From a virus (Duplodnaviria > Caudoviricetes): DNA of 47,237 bases. Location of the stretch: IMG/VR virus record IMGVR_UViG_3300010358_000004, positions 1-47,237 of that record; one strand, written 5' to 3'. Numbering within the stretch: the first letter of the stretch is position 1; each line of letters opens with the position of its first letter. A program made the translations under genes and the position numbers. Positions 27,807 through 37,423 of this stretch are shown here, piece after piece. The notes beneath the pieces are model-generated. The model did not search any database. It saw only the letters and a list, made by a program, of their open reading frames with translations, and had not been told where the DNA came from.

Positions 27807-28771
27807 CTCAGATATTCCTGCTTCAAGGTAATACGACTTTCCCGGACCCAGGTAACTGGGGTCTGCCCAACAAGATTGAGTGCGTCGGTTGTGGTGGCGG
27901 CGGTGGTGCTGGCATGTTTGGACCTCCGCAGGGGCAAAATCCTGGTGGAGGAGGCGGCGGTGGTGCATATGCTCATGCTGAGAATATAACTCCAACATTT
28001 CCAGTGCCTGTGTTTGTTGGTGCAGGCGCTCAGTCTGCCACCCAGAATAGTATTTATACTACCTTTGGTTTTAGTAATAATGGCAACAAACCACCTACCC
28101 CAACCTCAGGGATGGTTTATGCGGGTAATGGAGCAGCGACCAATGCCAGTAGTGGTAATGCTGGTGCAGGGACTGACCTTTACCCAGCTGGTTTCCCAGG
28201 CGGTATTGGTGGTTGGGGAGGCGGTGGTCAATTACCTGCTGGGTTCGGTGGTGGTGGCGCTGGTGCTGGCGGGCCGAATGGTGCAGGTGCGAACGGTATA
28301 GGGACATCTGGTGCACCAAGTATAGTTGGCGGTTCCGGTGATGCTGGTCATACACCAGCAGGTGCCAACGGGACCCAGTGGGATGCCTCGCACGGTATTG
28401 GAGGTGGAGGATCTGGAGGCACTGGCACTACACCAAACACTCGCGGTGGACAGTATGGCGCTGGCAGTGGAGGCGGCGGTGGAAGTGCTAGTTCCAATAT
28501 TAATGGTGGTGACGGCCTCATCGTCATCACCTACAATCCGAACAGTCTACACTACGGCATTGTGCGAGGGGTGACAACCAAGTATATCTATATGACAGTC
28601 AAGCCAGATGTCAACGCTAAAGATGATAAGGAGTTAGACAATCCTGCATGGCTTCAGATAGGTGGTACGCAGGGTGGTGAAGCGTTGCAGATGCTAAAGA
28701 TAGATCGGATGACCTACAACAGCTGGACTAGCTTCAGCCAGTTAGTTGCATGGGCACAGGCACAGCCATGA
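27803..28771 (+). CDS. glycine-rich tail protein fused to ELDNPAWLQI domain
   Basis: FPDPGNW..NKIECVG.GGGG; GGDGLIVITY; ATG 27803. Confidence 0.75.
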   Translation: MTQIFLLQGNTTFPDPGNWGLPNKIECVGCGGGGGAGMFGPPQGQNPGGGGGGGAYAHAENITPTFPVPVFVGAGAQSATQNSIYTTFGFSNNGNKPPTPTSGMVYAGNGAATNASSGNAGAGTDLYPAGFPGGIGGWGGGGQLPAGFGGGGAGAGGPNGAGANGIGTSGAPSIVGGSGDAGHTPAGANGTQWDASHGIGGGGSGGTGTTPNTRGGQYGAGSGGGGGSASSNINGGDGLIVITYNPNSLHYGIVRGVTTKYIYMTVKPDVNAKDDKELDNPAWLQIGGTQGGEALQMLKIDRMTYNSWTSFSQLVAWAQAQP

Positions 28772-29586
28772 CTACACAAATCTTTCTATATGCACCTGCT
28801 CCAAACCCACTACCTGCAACTTTCCCTAACCCAGGGAACTGGAACACTGTTAATCAGATTGAGTGTGTTGGTAGCGGTGGGGTTGGATCAACACCTTACA
28901 ATGCCCCTCTCGCCGAGGGTGCTACTGATACAGGTGTGGAACCGCTAGGAGGTACTGCGACAGGTCCAGCAGGAGGAGGAGGAGCTTACGCTACCGCAAA
29001 CAATGTAAACTTACCATTCCCAGTGCCATTTACTGTTACACCTTCTAATAGGACAGGTGCACAGAACTCCATATTTGTCACTTGGGGTGCCAATAACACT
29101 ACTTCAGCAGGTGCTACCGTGTTCGCTGCTGTTGGCACCAACGGTCAAGGAATGGGCGGTGGTGGCTCTGCTGGTACACAATTTGGGCCTGGTGGCTTTG
29201 CAGGAGGTACTGGCTTCGGAAGTTCTGGACAGTCTACGGCTGGCGGTGGAGCTGGTGGGGCTGCTGGCCCTCATGGTGCTGGAGCTAGTGGTGCAGCTGT
29301 AGCTGGTGGTGCCTCTGATAACAATACCGTAGCTGGTGGAGCTACTGTAGGAGCTAACGGGGCTAAGGGTGTACAGTGGGACAATGTTCATGGAACTGGC
29401 GCTGGCGGAGCTGGATCTGCTGCCGGTGTTAATGGTGGTGCAGCTACTGGTTTTGGTGGTGGAGGCGGGGCTGGAACTCCGGGAGCCGGAACCAGCCTTC
29501 CAGGAAATGGGTTTGCTGGTTTGATTGTTCTTACCTACACCCCCTTGCCACCACCTGTTGGTCTGCAAGCTATGATAATAGCGTGA
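28768..29586 (+). CDS. glycine-rich tail protein (paralog 2)
   Basis: FPNPGNW..NQIECVGSGG; QWDNVHG; GLIVLTY. Confidence 0.75.
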   Translation: MTTQIFLYAPAPNPLPATFPNPGNWNTVNQIECVGSGGVGSTPYNAPLAEGATDTGVEPLGGTATGPAGGGGAYATANNVNLPFPVPFTVTPSNRTGAQNSIFVTWGANNTTSAGATVFAAVGTNGQGMGGGGSAGTQFGPGGFAGGTGFGSSGQSTAGGGAGGAAGPHGAGASGAAVAGGASDNNTVAGGATVGANGAKGVQWDNVHGTGAGGAGSAAGVNGGAATGFGGGGGAGTPGAGTSLPGNGFAGLIVLTYTPLPPPVGLQAMIIA

Positions 29587-29593
29587 GGCTGAG

Positions 29594-30067
29594 ATGGCAG
29601 CACTAAACTTCCCTGACGCACCGAGCCCTGGACAGACCTTTGTCAACTGGCAGTGGGACGGTACGAAGTGGACGGCAGCGCCAGGCCTGGTGATTGCGAA
29701 CACGGTAGATGAAGTTCCGATCGCGTTTGGGTTCCCAGGCAGTCCAAACATTGGCTGGTCAGTTTTCATACCCATTACGGTCCCTCTAACACTACCAGCC
29801 AACTTCGCTGGTAGCTACGGGTTTGTGCAAGCGCCTCCAGCTGGCAATGTGAACGTGAATATCAACCTGCGGACTGGGGCTAATTCTGGTGCTGCTCCTC
29901 CAACCCTGCTTGGTAGCGTAACCATTACACCGACTGGGATGACATTCGCGACCCAACCTGGAGCACCATTCACCCTGCCAGTTGGTAGCACCTTACAAGC
30001 CATAACCACTAGTCAAGACCCCTCACTAACCACTATTAGTTTCACCCTATTGGCAACGAGGTTGTGA
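29594..30067 (+). CDS. tail fibre-associated protein
   Basis: LNFPDAPSPGQTF..WQWDGTKW N-terminus; C-terminal domain paralogous to that of the collagen protein. Confidence 0.7.
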   Translation: MAALNFPDAPSPGQTFVNWQWDGTKWTAAPGLVIANTVDEVPIAFGFPGSPNIGWSVFIPITVPLTLPANFAGSYGFVQAPPAGNVNVNINLRTGANSGAAPPTLLGSVTITPTGMTFATQPGAPFTLPVGSTLQAITTSQDPSLTTISFTLLATRL

Positions 30068-30303
30068 TGCCCAGGTTGTTGATGGGGGCCATTATCAATA
30101 CTGCCCTAGCATCACCCAACCAGATGGTGGCGTTGATAGATCCTGACGATGATAAGGAGCTAGACAATCCGGCCTGGCTCCAAATCACCAGCCCAACCTC
30201 TGGTTTTGGTCCGCTGCGGATGATAAAGATACCTCGGAGTGCATATAACACTCTGACAGTCTGGGCACAACTCCCACCTCTAGTGGCTTCGTATACGACA
30301 TGA
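30064..30303 (+). CDS. small protein with PDDDKELDNPAWLQI domain (copy 3)
   Basis: Paralog of 27555 ORF. Confidence 0.7.
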   Translation: MMPRLLMGAIINTALASPNQMVALIDPDDDKELDNPAWLQITSPTSGFGPLRMIKIPRSAYNTLTVWAQLPPLVASYTT

Positions 30304-31211
30304 CCCGCATCTATCTGTACGGAAGTAATAATTTCTCGCAGTTCTTTTTCCCTGATCCGGGGAACTGGAATATGCAGGGCAATAAGATTGAGTGTGTTGG
30401 GTCAGGGTCTTATGCATCTCAAAACTACTTTGGAGGGCCACCAGACCAAGGATCGTCTAGTAATAACCCGGGTGGTGGTGCAGGTTCCTACGCCTTTACA
30501 ATCAACTCGAACTTGCCATTTCCGGTTCAGTATACTATAACTCAATCAATCCAAGCTGGGCCGGGAATGAATTGGCCAGGAGCTACATGGGGTATCTCAG
30601 GGTTTGGTTTCAATCCACCACAAGCAGCAGATCTATTTCCAGGCGTGGTCTACACATCAGCAGGGTCTAACTACGCTCCAGGTTCAACACCGGGGCCAGG
30701 CTCTATTTTGTGGTATCCAGAAGGGCAAGGTGCTAGAGGTGGCGATGGCGGAGCTGTAGGTAGTAACTCTGGTGCTCAGCCAGGAGGTCCGCAAAGCTTT
30801 CCACCTGCTGGGGCCGGTGGAGGAGGTGGTGCCGGAGGTCCAAATGGGCCGGGAACCGTAGGCCAATCTGGCACCGCTACTACATTCGGTGCTGGTGGTA
30901 AAGGTGACGCGGGGAACACGTCTGGTGGTGTTAGTGCTGGGCAAGCCGGTTCCCAAGGCAAGGAGTGGGATAATATCCACGGCTGTGGAGGAGGTGGAGC
31001 TGGCACCAACCTAGCTACGAGTCCAACTTTAGGCCAAGCTGGTGGCAGCGGTGGCTACTTTGGTGGGGCTGGTGGCGGGTCATCTGCTGGGTCAGGTACC
31101 GGTGTTGGCACTGGAAACACCAACGGGCCTAATGGGGCAGGGACTCCAGGTCTAGTGGTTGTTACCTACCAGCCAAACTACCCAGCAGGCGTTGGGCAAT
31201 TCATGGTTTAA
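30300..31211 (+). CDS. glycine-rich tail protein (paralog 3)
   Basis: FPDPGNW..NKIECVGSG; EWDNIHG; GLVVVTY. Confidence 0.75.
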   Translation: MTRIYLYGSNNFSQFFFPDPGNWNMQGNKIECVGSGSYASQNYFGGPPDQGSSSNNPGGGAGSYAFTINSNLPFPVQYTITQSIQAGPGMNWPGATWGISGFGFNPPQAADLFPGVVYTSAGSNYAPGSTPGPGSILWYPEGQGARGGDGGAVGSNSGAQPGGPQSFPPAGAGGGGGAGGPNGPGTVGQSGTATTFGAGGKGDAGNTSGGVSAGQAGSQGKEWDNIHGCGGGGAGTNLATSPTLGQAGGSGGYFGGAGGGSSAGSGTGVGTGNTNGPNGAGTPGLVVVTYQPNYPAGVGQFMV

Positions 31212-31218
31212 TGGCCAT

Positions 31219-31235
31219 TGTCCATTGGATGGACA
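31219..31235. promoter_or_regulatory. 17-bp palindromic operator-like motif, copy 3 (TGTCCATTGGATGGACA)
   Basis: In a 35-bp intergenic gap, abutting the GGAGG SD of the next gene. Confidence 0.6.
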
Positions 31236-31246
31236 CGGAGGATTAG

Positions 31247-31507
31247 ATGTTTCGATATATTACTGTGGGAGGGCTGCTGCTAACCATCGCAGCTTGTGCG
31301 AGACCGCCAGAGGTTGTGCCGCCTCCCCCACCATTGCCTCCAGTTCTGGTGCCATCTCAAACGGTAGTGGAACCCCCACTCCCTCCCTTGGGCCGTCACC
31401 GTTACCATCATCGTAGGTACTACCGGGAACGCCACTTCTACTACAACCATCGGCGAGATGGGCGAGACCGACGAGAGCACTACCGACCTCACAACTCAGG
31501 GCAGTGA
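31247..31507 (+). CDS. putative lipoprotein, Pro-rich with Arg/His/Tyr-rich tail
   Basis: Signal peptide with lipobox IAAC; poly-Pro; GGAGG SD. Confidence 0.65.
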   Translation: MFRYITVGGLLLTIAACARPPEVVPPPPPLPPVLVPSQTVVEPPLPPLGRHRYHHRRYYRERHFYYNHRRDGRDRREHYRPHNSGQ

Positions 31508-31509
31508 AC

Positions 31510-31752
31510 ATGCAACAAGACAACCAGATTAAGGTCGAGATGACCACTGAGGAATGGGGCCAAGTTATGATGGTCCTACAAGGTGGCATCTATAGGGTGG
31601 TTGCACCACTCTTAAACAAGATTAGCTTCCAGGTTCAAATCTTCGTCAGCGCTCAAATGGAAGCACAGAAGGCCGGGGTTGGACCAAAGCTAGTAGTTAG
31701 CGACTCAGAGGAAGTCAATGCCATTTCTAATCCTCTCTCTGCCGCGGAGTAG
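31510..31752 (+). CDS. hypothetical protein
   Basis: EEWGQVMMVLQGGIYRVVAPLLNKI..Q, common small phage ORF pattern. Confidence 0.65.
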   Translation: MQQDNQIKVEMTTEEWGQVMMVLQGGIYRVVAPLLNKISFQVQIFVSAQMEAQKAGVGPKLVVSDSEEVNAISNPLSAAE

Positions 31753-32311
31753 GAGTGCATGGACGGCTCATTATCTGAGCTACCCGCATCTTAACCCGCC
31801 AAAGCCTATAGGGCACGAGATCCTGGGTGAGTGCGATACAGTCCAGAAGTTCTTGGAGTCCTATGAGAATGGGATGTGGGGTACCTGTGAGACAGCAGGT
31901 GCCACACTATGGCGGATCGTGCGTCAGGAGCTTCCCCATATCCAGATAGTCACGATCCGCCGCCCTCTTATCGACGTTCACAGATCTCTTCTCAGTATGG
32001 GAGTCCCTGCCAACCTTACCAACCTAGCTGCTCAAGACGCGATGCTAGACGCAGCCCAACAAGACCCAGCAATCATATCCATTCCCTATAATATGCTGTC
32101 CGAGCCGTTCATTGGCAAGTGGTTATTTGAGACTATGTTAGAAGCCGAGTTCGATTTCGAGTGGTGGTACAGAATGATTAATACCAACATACAGATTAAT
32201 AAGGAGGACTTCCTGGAACGGGTTAGTGACTTTCAAAAAAACCTCAATTCATTAGCGGAGGATGTTAAGCGGTGGCCTATGGAAACGGTGTCCACGAAAC
32301 ATCTGAATTGA
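31718..32311 (+). CDS. sulfotransferase-like P-loop protein
   Basis: LSLPRSRSAW 5'-PSB-like loop and RRPLIDVHRSL 3'-PB-like motif. Confidence 0.6.
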   Translation: MPFLILSLPRSRSAWTAHYLSYPHLNPPKPIGHEILGECDTVQKFLESYENGMWGTCETAGATLWRIVRQELPHIQIVTIRRPLIDVHRSLLSMGVPANLTNLAAQDAMLDAAQQDPAIISIPYNMLSEPFIGKWLFETMLEAEFDFEWWYRMINTNIQINKEDFLERVSDFQKNLNSLAEDVKRWPMETVSTKHLN

Positions 32312-32760
32312 ATGAACTGACCATCCGCCTGGAGAGGTTCGCGGATTGTTGGAATGAAGGGGCTTTATTGGTCAGGGCTGAGGTCAAAGAAGTAGAACCG
32401 AACGGACGTACTTTCAATCCTGACATCAACAGCATACTAACCAATGAGGTACTGGGCACATTCAAGATACTAGTCGCTCGCAAGAATGGGCGAATGATTG
32501 GCTACCTGAGTTGGATGGTTGACTTTGACATCGAGTCCTATGGTACGTTGATAGCTAACCAGACTGCTTGGTACGTTGAGCCTGGTCACTTTGGTGTGGC
32601 AGATAAGATGTTCGATTGGGCAACAGCCCACTTCAAAGAGATTGGAGTCAAGTACGTTTATTGGCATCACACTCTTAACGGTCGCGGTAAGACTATAGGT
32701 AAATACTTTGAGCGTAAAGGTGCCAAGCTAGCCAGCCTGAACTATGTGATGAAGCTCTGA
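32272..32760 (+). CDS. GNAT-fold acetyltransferase-like protein
   Basis: ILVARKNGRMIGY, WYVEP.H.G, K..GVK, YFERKG pattern. Confidence 0.7.
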   Translation: MAYGNGVHETSELNELTIRLERFADCWNEGALLVRAEVKEVEPNGRTFNPDINSILTNEVLGTFKILVARKNGRMIGYLSWMVDFDIESYGTLIANQTAWYVEPGHFGVADKMFDWATAHFKEIGVKYVYWHHTLNGRGKTIGKYFERKGAKLASLNYVMKL

Positions 32761-32770
32761 GGAGGTTATT

Positions 32771-33643
32771 ATGGCTGGTGGAGCGATACTAGCTTCTGGC
32801 GCGATTGGTGGTCTCAGCTCCATCATTGGTGGCGGTAAGCAGGCACAAGCCGCGAGTGAAGCTGCGCAGGCTCAGGTTCAAGCTGCTCAAATCGCCTCCC
32901 AAACCCAGTTGGCTATGTTCCAAGAGGCTAAGAACCAGCTCAGTCCGTTCATCCAATACGGTCAGCAGTCTCTCCCAGCCCTTCAAGCCCTGACTGGTAC
33001 AGGACCAAATGCCACAGCTCAGTCCGTTCTAACTTCCCCACTCCTCTCGCCAATCCAAACCCAGTGGCCGATGTTCTCACCGACCATGGACTGGTTAAAG
33101 ACGACACCCGGTTATCAGTTCCAGCTGGATGTTGGCTCCGAGTCCATCAAAAATGAGTTGGCAGCCAAGGGTCTTAGACTCGGCGGCGCATTCGGAACAG
33201 CACTCCAGAAGTATACAACTGGACTGGCCGATACCACGTACGCACAACAACTACAGAACTACCAATCCCAGGTTGCTCAACAGATGCAGGGCGCCCAACT
33301 GACCCTTAACCAACGCGCCCAGATCCTCAACGCCCTCGGTGGGCAAGCCCAACTAGGTGTGGGTGCTGCTGGTGCCCTAACTGGTGCGTCTATTCAGACC
33401 GGACAGGGTGTTGCCCAGACACAACTAGCATCTGGTGCAGCGCAAGCGGGTGGCATCGTTGGTCAGGCAAATGCACTGAGCGGTGCGTTGAGTGGTGTGA
33501 GTGGGTCTGCATCTAACACCGCACTTCTGTATGCGATGAACCAGGGCGGCCTATTCGGTGGGGCACCCACATCATCTGCATTTAACCCAGCTGGTGGTTA
33601 CTCATCAACAGGTGGCTTCATAGTTGGTTCAGATGCCGCCTAG
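32771..33643 (+). CDS. DNA ejection/pilot protein (P22 gp7-like)
   Basis: Ala/Gly/Gln-rich; LSPFIQYG, TTPGYQFQL...AAKG motifs. Confidence 0.78.
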   Translation: MAGGAILASGAIGGLSSIIGGGKQAQAASEAAQAQVQAAQIASQTQLAMFQEAKNQLSPFIQYGQQSLPALQALTGTGPNATAQSVLTSPLLSPIQTQWPMFSPTMDWLKTTPGYQFQLDVGSESIKNELAAKGLRLGGAFGTALQKYTTGLADTTYAQQLQNYQSQVAQQMQGAQLTLNQRAQILNALGGQAQLGVGAAGALTGASIQTGQGVAQTQLASGAAQAGGIVGQANALSGALSGVSGSASNTALLYAMNQGGLFGGAPTSSAFNPAGGYSSTGGFIVGSDAA

Positions 33644-33652
33644 GAGCTTGTG

Positions 33653-34384
33653 ATGGCAGGTGGAAACCAAGACAACGCCCTAATGGGGCTAGCTAGTGGT
33701 CCAAGCCCTGCAAGCCCGACCTTGCCAACGCCTGTGTCTGGTGGGCCTAACGGCTTGATGCGCCCAGGTGGGGAAGGCCCTAACTCTCCAGCTCCTACCG
33801 GCTCCCCTGCTTCACCAACTCCCAGTGGCCGTAAAGGGCCGATGGATGAGATCGTTGAGGCGCATGACTATGCCAAGTCTGTACATGATACTTTTGCCAA
33901 AGCTCAAGTTATGTTGCAACACATGCGCCGTGAGATGGACAATCTGGTAAAGAAGGGTGATACAGTTCAGCCACCAGATGTAGTTGCAGCAGCTGGACGT
34001 CTAGTTGGTCACGGACTTAATGCAAAGGAGATGGCAGCCATCCTAGTTGACATGCCACCGATGGGTGGGCAGGGACTGGCAGCATGGTTAGCCACTCATG
34101 ACCAAGCCATACAGCAGCAAGAGGCCCATGTCGAAGTTATGAAGCAACTGACTGGTCACAACATGATGCAGTCAGCATTCAAGGTCATAGCTGCGTTGCA
34201 TTTAAGGCAGCGGGCTCAACAGTTCGCTGGTGGTATGGCCGCCCAGATGGGAGCCCTTGGACCGCGACCACCGACTGCTGAAGCTGGCCAGGGGCCAGCA
34301 ATGACCAACGTCTTACAGGCTACACCGCGATCCGGTACACCTCAGTCAGGTGTGTCGGGGGGTGGAGATGAAGGAGCTGCATAA
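33653..34384 (+). CDS. probable internal virion/ejection protein
   Basis: Position, low-complexity flanks, helical core. Confidence 0.55.
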   Translation: MAGGNQDNALMGLASGPSPASPTLPTPVSGGPNGLMRPGGEGPNSPAPTGSPASPTPSGRKGPMDEIVEAHDYAKSVHDTFAKAQVMLQHMRREMDNLVKKGDTVQPPDVVAAAGRLVGHGLNAKEMAAILVDMPPMGGQGLAAWLATHDQAIQQQEAHVEVMKQLTGHNMMQSAFKVIAALHLRQRAQQFAGGMAAQMGALGPRPPTAEAGQGPAMTNVLQATPRSGTPQSGVSGGGDEGAA

Positions 34385-36207
34385 TGGCACTCGGTGGCAT
34401 TAATCCAGCGATAGGTGCCCAAGCTGGTCGGATGGTTCCAGGGTCTGGGAACAATCTCAATCCGTTCGAGACTATCCGCACTATTGCAGACACCCAACGC
34501 CTTAACATTGCTAACACTCAGCACCAACAGGAGCTAGAGGCGCGCAACGCTGCTGGCCAGATCATGTCTCTCTACCCGACAGTTCAAGAGGGCTTCGAGG
34601 CTATCCAGAGGAACCCTGCGCTGGCTCCATACATTCCACAAATCTACCAGTCGTTTGCTGAGACAGGTCGTATTCAGGCAGAGACTCAACGCTCCGTAAC
34701 CTTAACTGGCCAGACAGAGCAGCAGGTTGCTAACACTGCCCTTGAAGCATTCTACAAAGGACTCACCACTCTAGACGGTAACCAAACACCAGCCTATAAC
34801 CGGGCACAGTTCAACAACTTTGCCCGCATCGGTCGCGGGACTCTAAGTAACACGAATGAGATCCGCGCCTATGACAACGCAGTTAATTCTGCGCGAACAT
34901 ACCTTGACAGCACCGGCTGGACTGGTGACCCACTAACCAAGACCGTCTATGCAACCTTACTCCCACATACAGATGCTGCGGTATCAACCTCCTACCGAGC
35001 TGGTTTGTATACCCAGCCTCAAAACGTACCCATCTCACCACCAGTGGGTGGCAATCCACCACCTGGTACGCCTGCTAACCCCAACATACCGCAAACCCTA
35101 CCGCCTCGTACAGATGTGCCAGCGGCTTCGCCTTCGGCACAGCCGCAACCGGCACCGCAACCAACAACAGTTCCTGCTGCACAGACAGCTCCGGCTCCGC
35201 CAGCGCAGCCAGCCGTGGCTGGAGGCGGTGAACCGCAACCAACCCTCATTCCAGGCGGTGCGATGCAGGTTCAACAACCCCCAGTAGCAGCTGGTACGCT
35301 TGATCCAGCTCGGGGTGGGACTTCATTCCTGGGTACACCACTCGCACCTAATTATGGCAACCTACCAAACCGGATGCAACCAATCTCTGGGGTCTCAGTC
35401 AACGCTGGCGGGGACTTTGTTGGTTCACCTTATGGTGAGCTAGCATCTACTGCCCAAAAGGATTACGCAACGTCTGGTGCAGCTCAATACTCTCAGGCAC
35501 TTGCCGGTGAACAGGCACTGGCTGGTATCGCTAACACATTTAACACCATGCAACAGGGCGGTGCTTGGACACAGCCTGGCTTCCTGTCGGGAGTCCGTAA
35601 CACTATTAATAGTGCGCTCCATACCATCGGTAACATTGCAGGCTACAAGGGCGAGCTACCAGACCTAGCGCCAACCGCTTCGGCCAGTGACGTTGCCAAC
35701 CAAGGCCGGAACTTCGCAGCCAATCTCGTTCGTACTCTTCTGCCTGGCCAAGTTCATGCTGCTCAAACGTTTGCTGATGCGGTGTCAGTTGTCCCAGGTA
35801 CAGAAGATACTTGGCTGGGTGGTATGACCGTGCTTGCATCTCTGGATGCACAAATTCATAGGGTGGCTGACTTCCGTAACTTCCAGATGGAATGGATGGC
35901 TGACCAGCGCAGTGCTGGGGTCCAACATCCCAACCTAATCAACTCAGTTGAGGCCTTCAACCAACAGTTCCCACCGGCTCAATACCAACAGAAGGCGCTG
36001 TCTAATATAGGCATGAACGCCAACATGACTATCAATGACATATTCAAGTGGGAGAACAGTGGGGCACTGAAGCCCGAGCAAGGGAACGCGATCATCAACA
36101 ACAACTTCGACCTATCAACAGGCCGACTCAAACCCAACTCGGTATGGGGGCGGATGTTTGGGGCTCCTGGCTCACAGCCACAGGGGCAACAGGGAACAGG
36201 ACAGTAG
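34384..36207 (+). CDS. probable DNA ejection protein
   Basis: 607 aa, Gln/Ala/Pro-rich, no Cys; position. Confidence 0.6.
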   Translation: MALGGINPAIGAQAGRMVPGSGNNLNPFETIRTIADTQRLNIANTQHQQELEARNAAGQIMSLYPTVQEGFEAIQRNPALAPYIPQIYQSFAETGRIQAETQRSVTLTGQTEQQVANTALEAFYKGLTTLDGNQTPAYNRAQFNNFARIGRGTLSNTNEIRAYDNAVNSARTYLDSTGWTGDPLTKTVYATLLPHTDAAVSTSYRAGLYTQPQNVPISPPVGGNPPPGTPANPNIPQTLPPRTDVPAASPSAQPQPAPQPTTVPAAQTAPAPPAQPAVAGGGEPQPTLIPGGAMQVQQPPVAAGTLDPARGGTSFLGTPLAPNYGNLPNRMQPISGVSVNAGGDFVGSPYGELASTAQKDYATSGAAQYSQALAGEQALAGIANTFNTMQQGGAWTQPGFLSGVRNTINSALHTIGNIAGYKGELPDLAPTASASDVANQGRNFAANLVRTLLPGQVHAAQTFADAVSVVPGTEDTWLGGMTVLASLDAQIHRVADFRNFQMEWMADQRSAGVQHPNLINSVEAFNQQFPPAQYQQKALSNIGMNANMTINDIFKWENSGALKPEQGNAIINNNFDLSTGRLKPNSVWGRMFGAPGSQPQGQQGTGQ

Positions 36208-36210
36208 ATC

Positions 36211-37188
36211 ATGGCCGAAGCTGATCCCAACCAACCCGATTATAGCAGTGTAGAGGCGCTCCGTAGGCAGTGGCAGCAAAGCCATGATCCTACAACAGGC
36301 GATGTGCGTCCCTCTGCTCAACCCTCAACAGTCCCTGCGACAGCCCAACCTGCACCAGCAGCTAGACCAGCTGTTGCTTCACCAGCTACTGTACCGAGTG
36401 CAGCCCCAGCCAGTAGAACGCAAGTCGCACCGCCGACAGGCGACGTATATTCTGGGAACGTGGCAACCGCTGGTGACCTGCTAATCAAGCAACCACTCAC
36501 TGGTTTCTTGCAGGATGTAGGTCCGCTTGTAGGTACGGCACAGTCAGCACTTCACCAGAATGCTGAACGCAACAGGATACTACCGTGGTCCGGTGAGGAT
36601 ATAGGCAACCCTATCCCAGCTGTTTCGCCTGACAGCTGGACAACGACAGGCGGAGCCGAGAGACTCACTGGCGCAATCAATCCTTCAGATCCTAGATTGA
36701 GCCCACTTGGTACATTCAATGTAGGTGCAATGAGAGCAGCTGGTGCAGTGGCCCCGTTCTCAGTTGCGACAGGCTTCCTAGGTACGCCAGCGGCGGGGTT
36801 CGCTGTCCAGGGCGGCGGCATGTTAGTTGGTGGTTTGGAAGCGTTAGCAGAACGTTATGCCAGTCCATACGTTGCAGACATTATCGGACTGGGTGGGGCT
36901 TTGGCTTTTGGCCCAGAAACTTTAGCCTCCAGAGTCCCTCAAGCTACTAGCATATTGGGTCGTCTGGTTCATACAGCTGGTCATATTGTTGCGCCTGTCG
37001 GTGCCACCATTGATGCAGGTAGATGGGCACTGGATAGGGTAGCTCAGATTGCTGTTGATCCAAGGCGTATGTTAAGAGCGGCAGGTGTATTGTCCTCTGG
37101 CCAAATCGGCTCTGGCAGAGGTTCTCCGCTTGCACCAGACTCAACCAACGCACTGGCGCCAGGTGTTAACCCGGCTGCAATTCAGTGA
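36211..37188 (+). CDS. probable DNA ejection protein (membrane-interacting)
   Basis: Gly/Ala-rich hydrophobic segments; last plus-arm gene. Confidence 0.55.
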   Translation: MAEADPNQPDYSSVEALRRQWQQSHDPTTGDVRPSAQPSTVPATAQPAPAARPAVASPATVPSAAPASRTQVAPPTGDVYSGNVATAGDLLIKQPLTGFLQDVGPLVGTAQSALHQNAERNRILPWSGEDIGNPIPAVSPDSWTTTGGAERLTGAINPSDPRLSPLGTFNVGAMRAAGAVAPFSVATGFLGTPAAGFAVQGGGMLVGGLEALAERYASPYVADIIGLGGALAFGPETLASRVPQATSILGRLVHTAGHIVAPVGATIDAGRWALDRVAQIAVDPRRMLRAAGVLSSGQIGSGRGSPLAPDSTNALAPGVNPAAIQ

Positions 37189-37423
37189 TTATGTCTTGAG
37201 TCTCTAGGACCGCTCTACCAGCATCTGTAATCCCCCATATTCTAAGACGGACTTTGATGCTTGTGCCTCCAAACTTGGAGAAGTCACGAGCGAGTCCCAT
37301 CTCTACTAACCGTTGCACCCTGACTATCTCATCATCATCCATTACAGGTGCAGCTTGCACTCTCTCCTTCAACTTCCTTAGCATTCGTATGTCAGGCTTG
37401 GTAATCACATCACTCCACTCCAT
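37166..37423 (-). CDS. hypothetical wHTH-like protein
   Basis: RLVEMGLA...WGITDAGRAVL pattern; start uncertain. Confidence 0.5.
   Translation of the reverse strand: MEWSDVITKPDIRMLRKLKERVQAAPVMDDDEIVRVQRLVEMGLARDFSKFGGTSIKVRLRIWGITDAGRAVLETQDIITELQPG

Noticed and set aside
29104-29802. Long antisense ORF of 232 aa (and similar shadow ORFs in the track)
   Set aside because: Opposite well-supported Gly-rich genes, no SD, low-complexity Ser/Thr product
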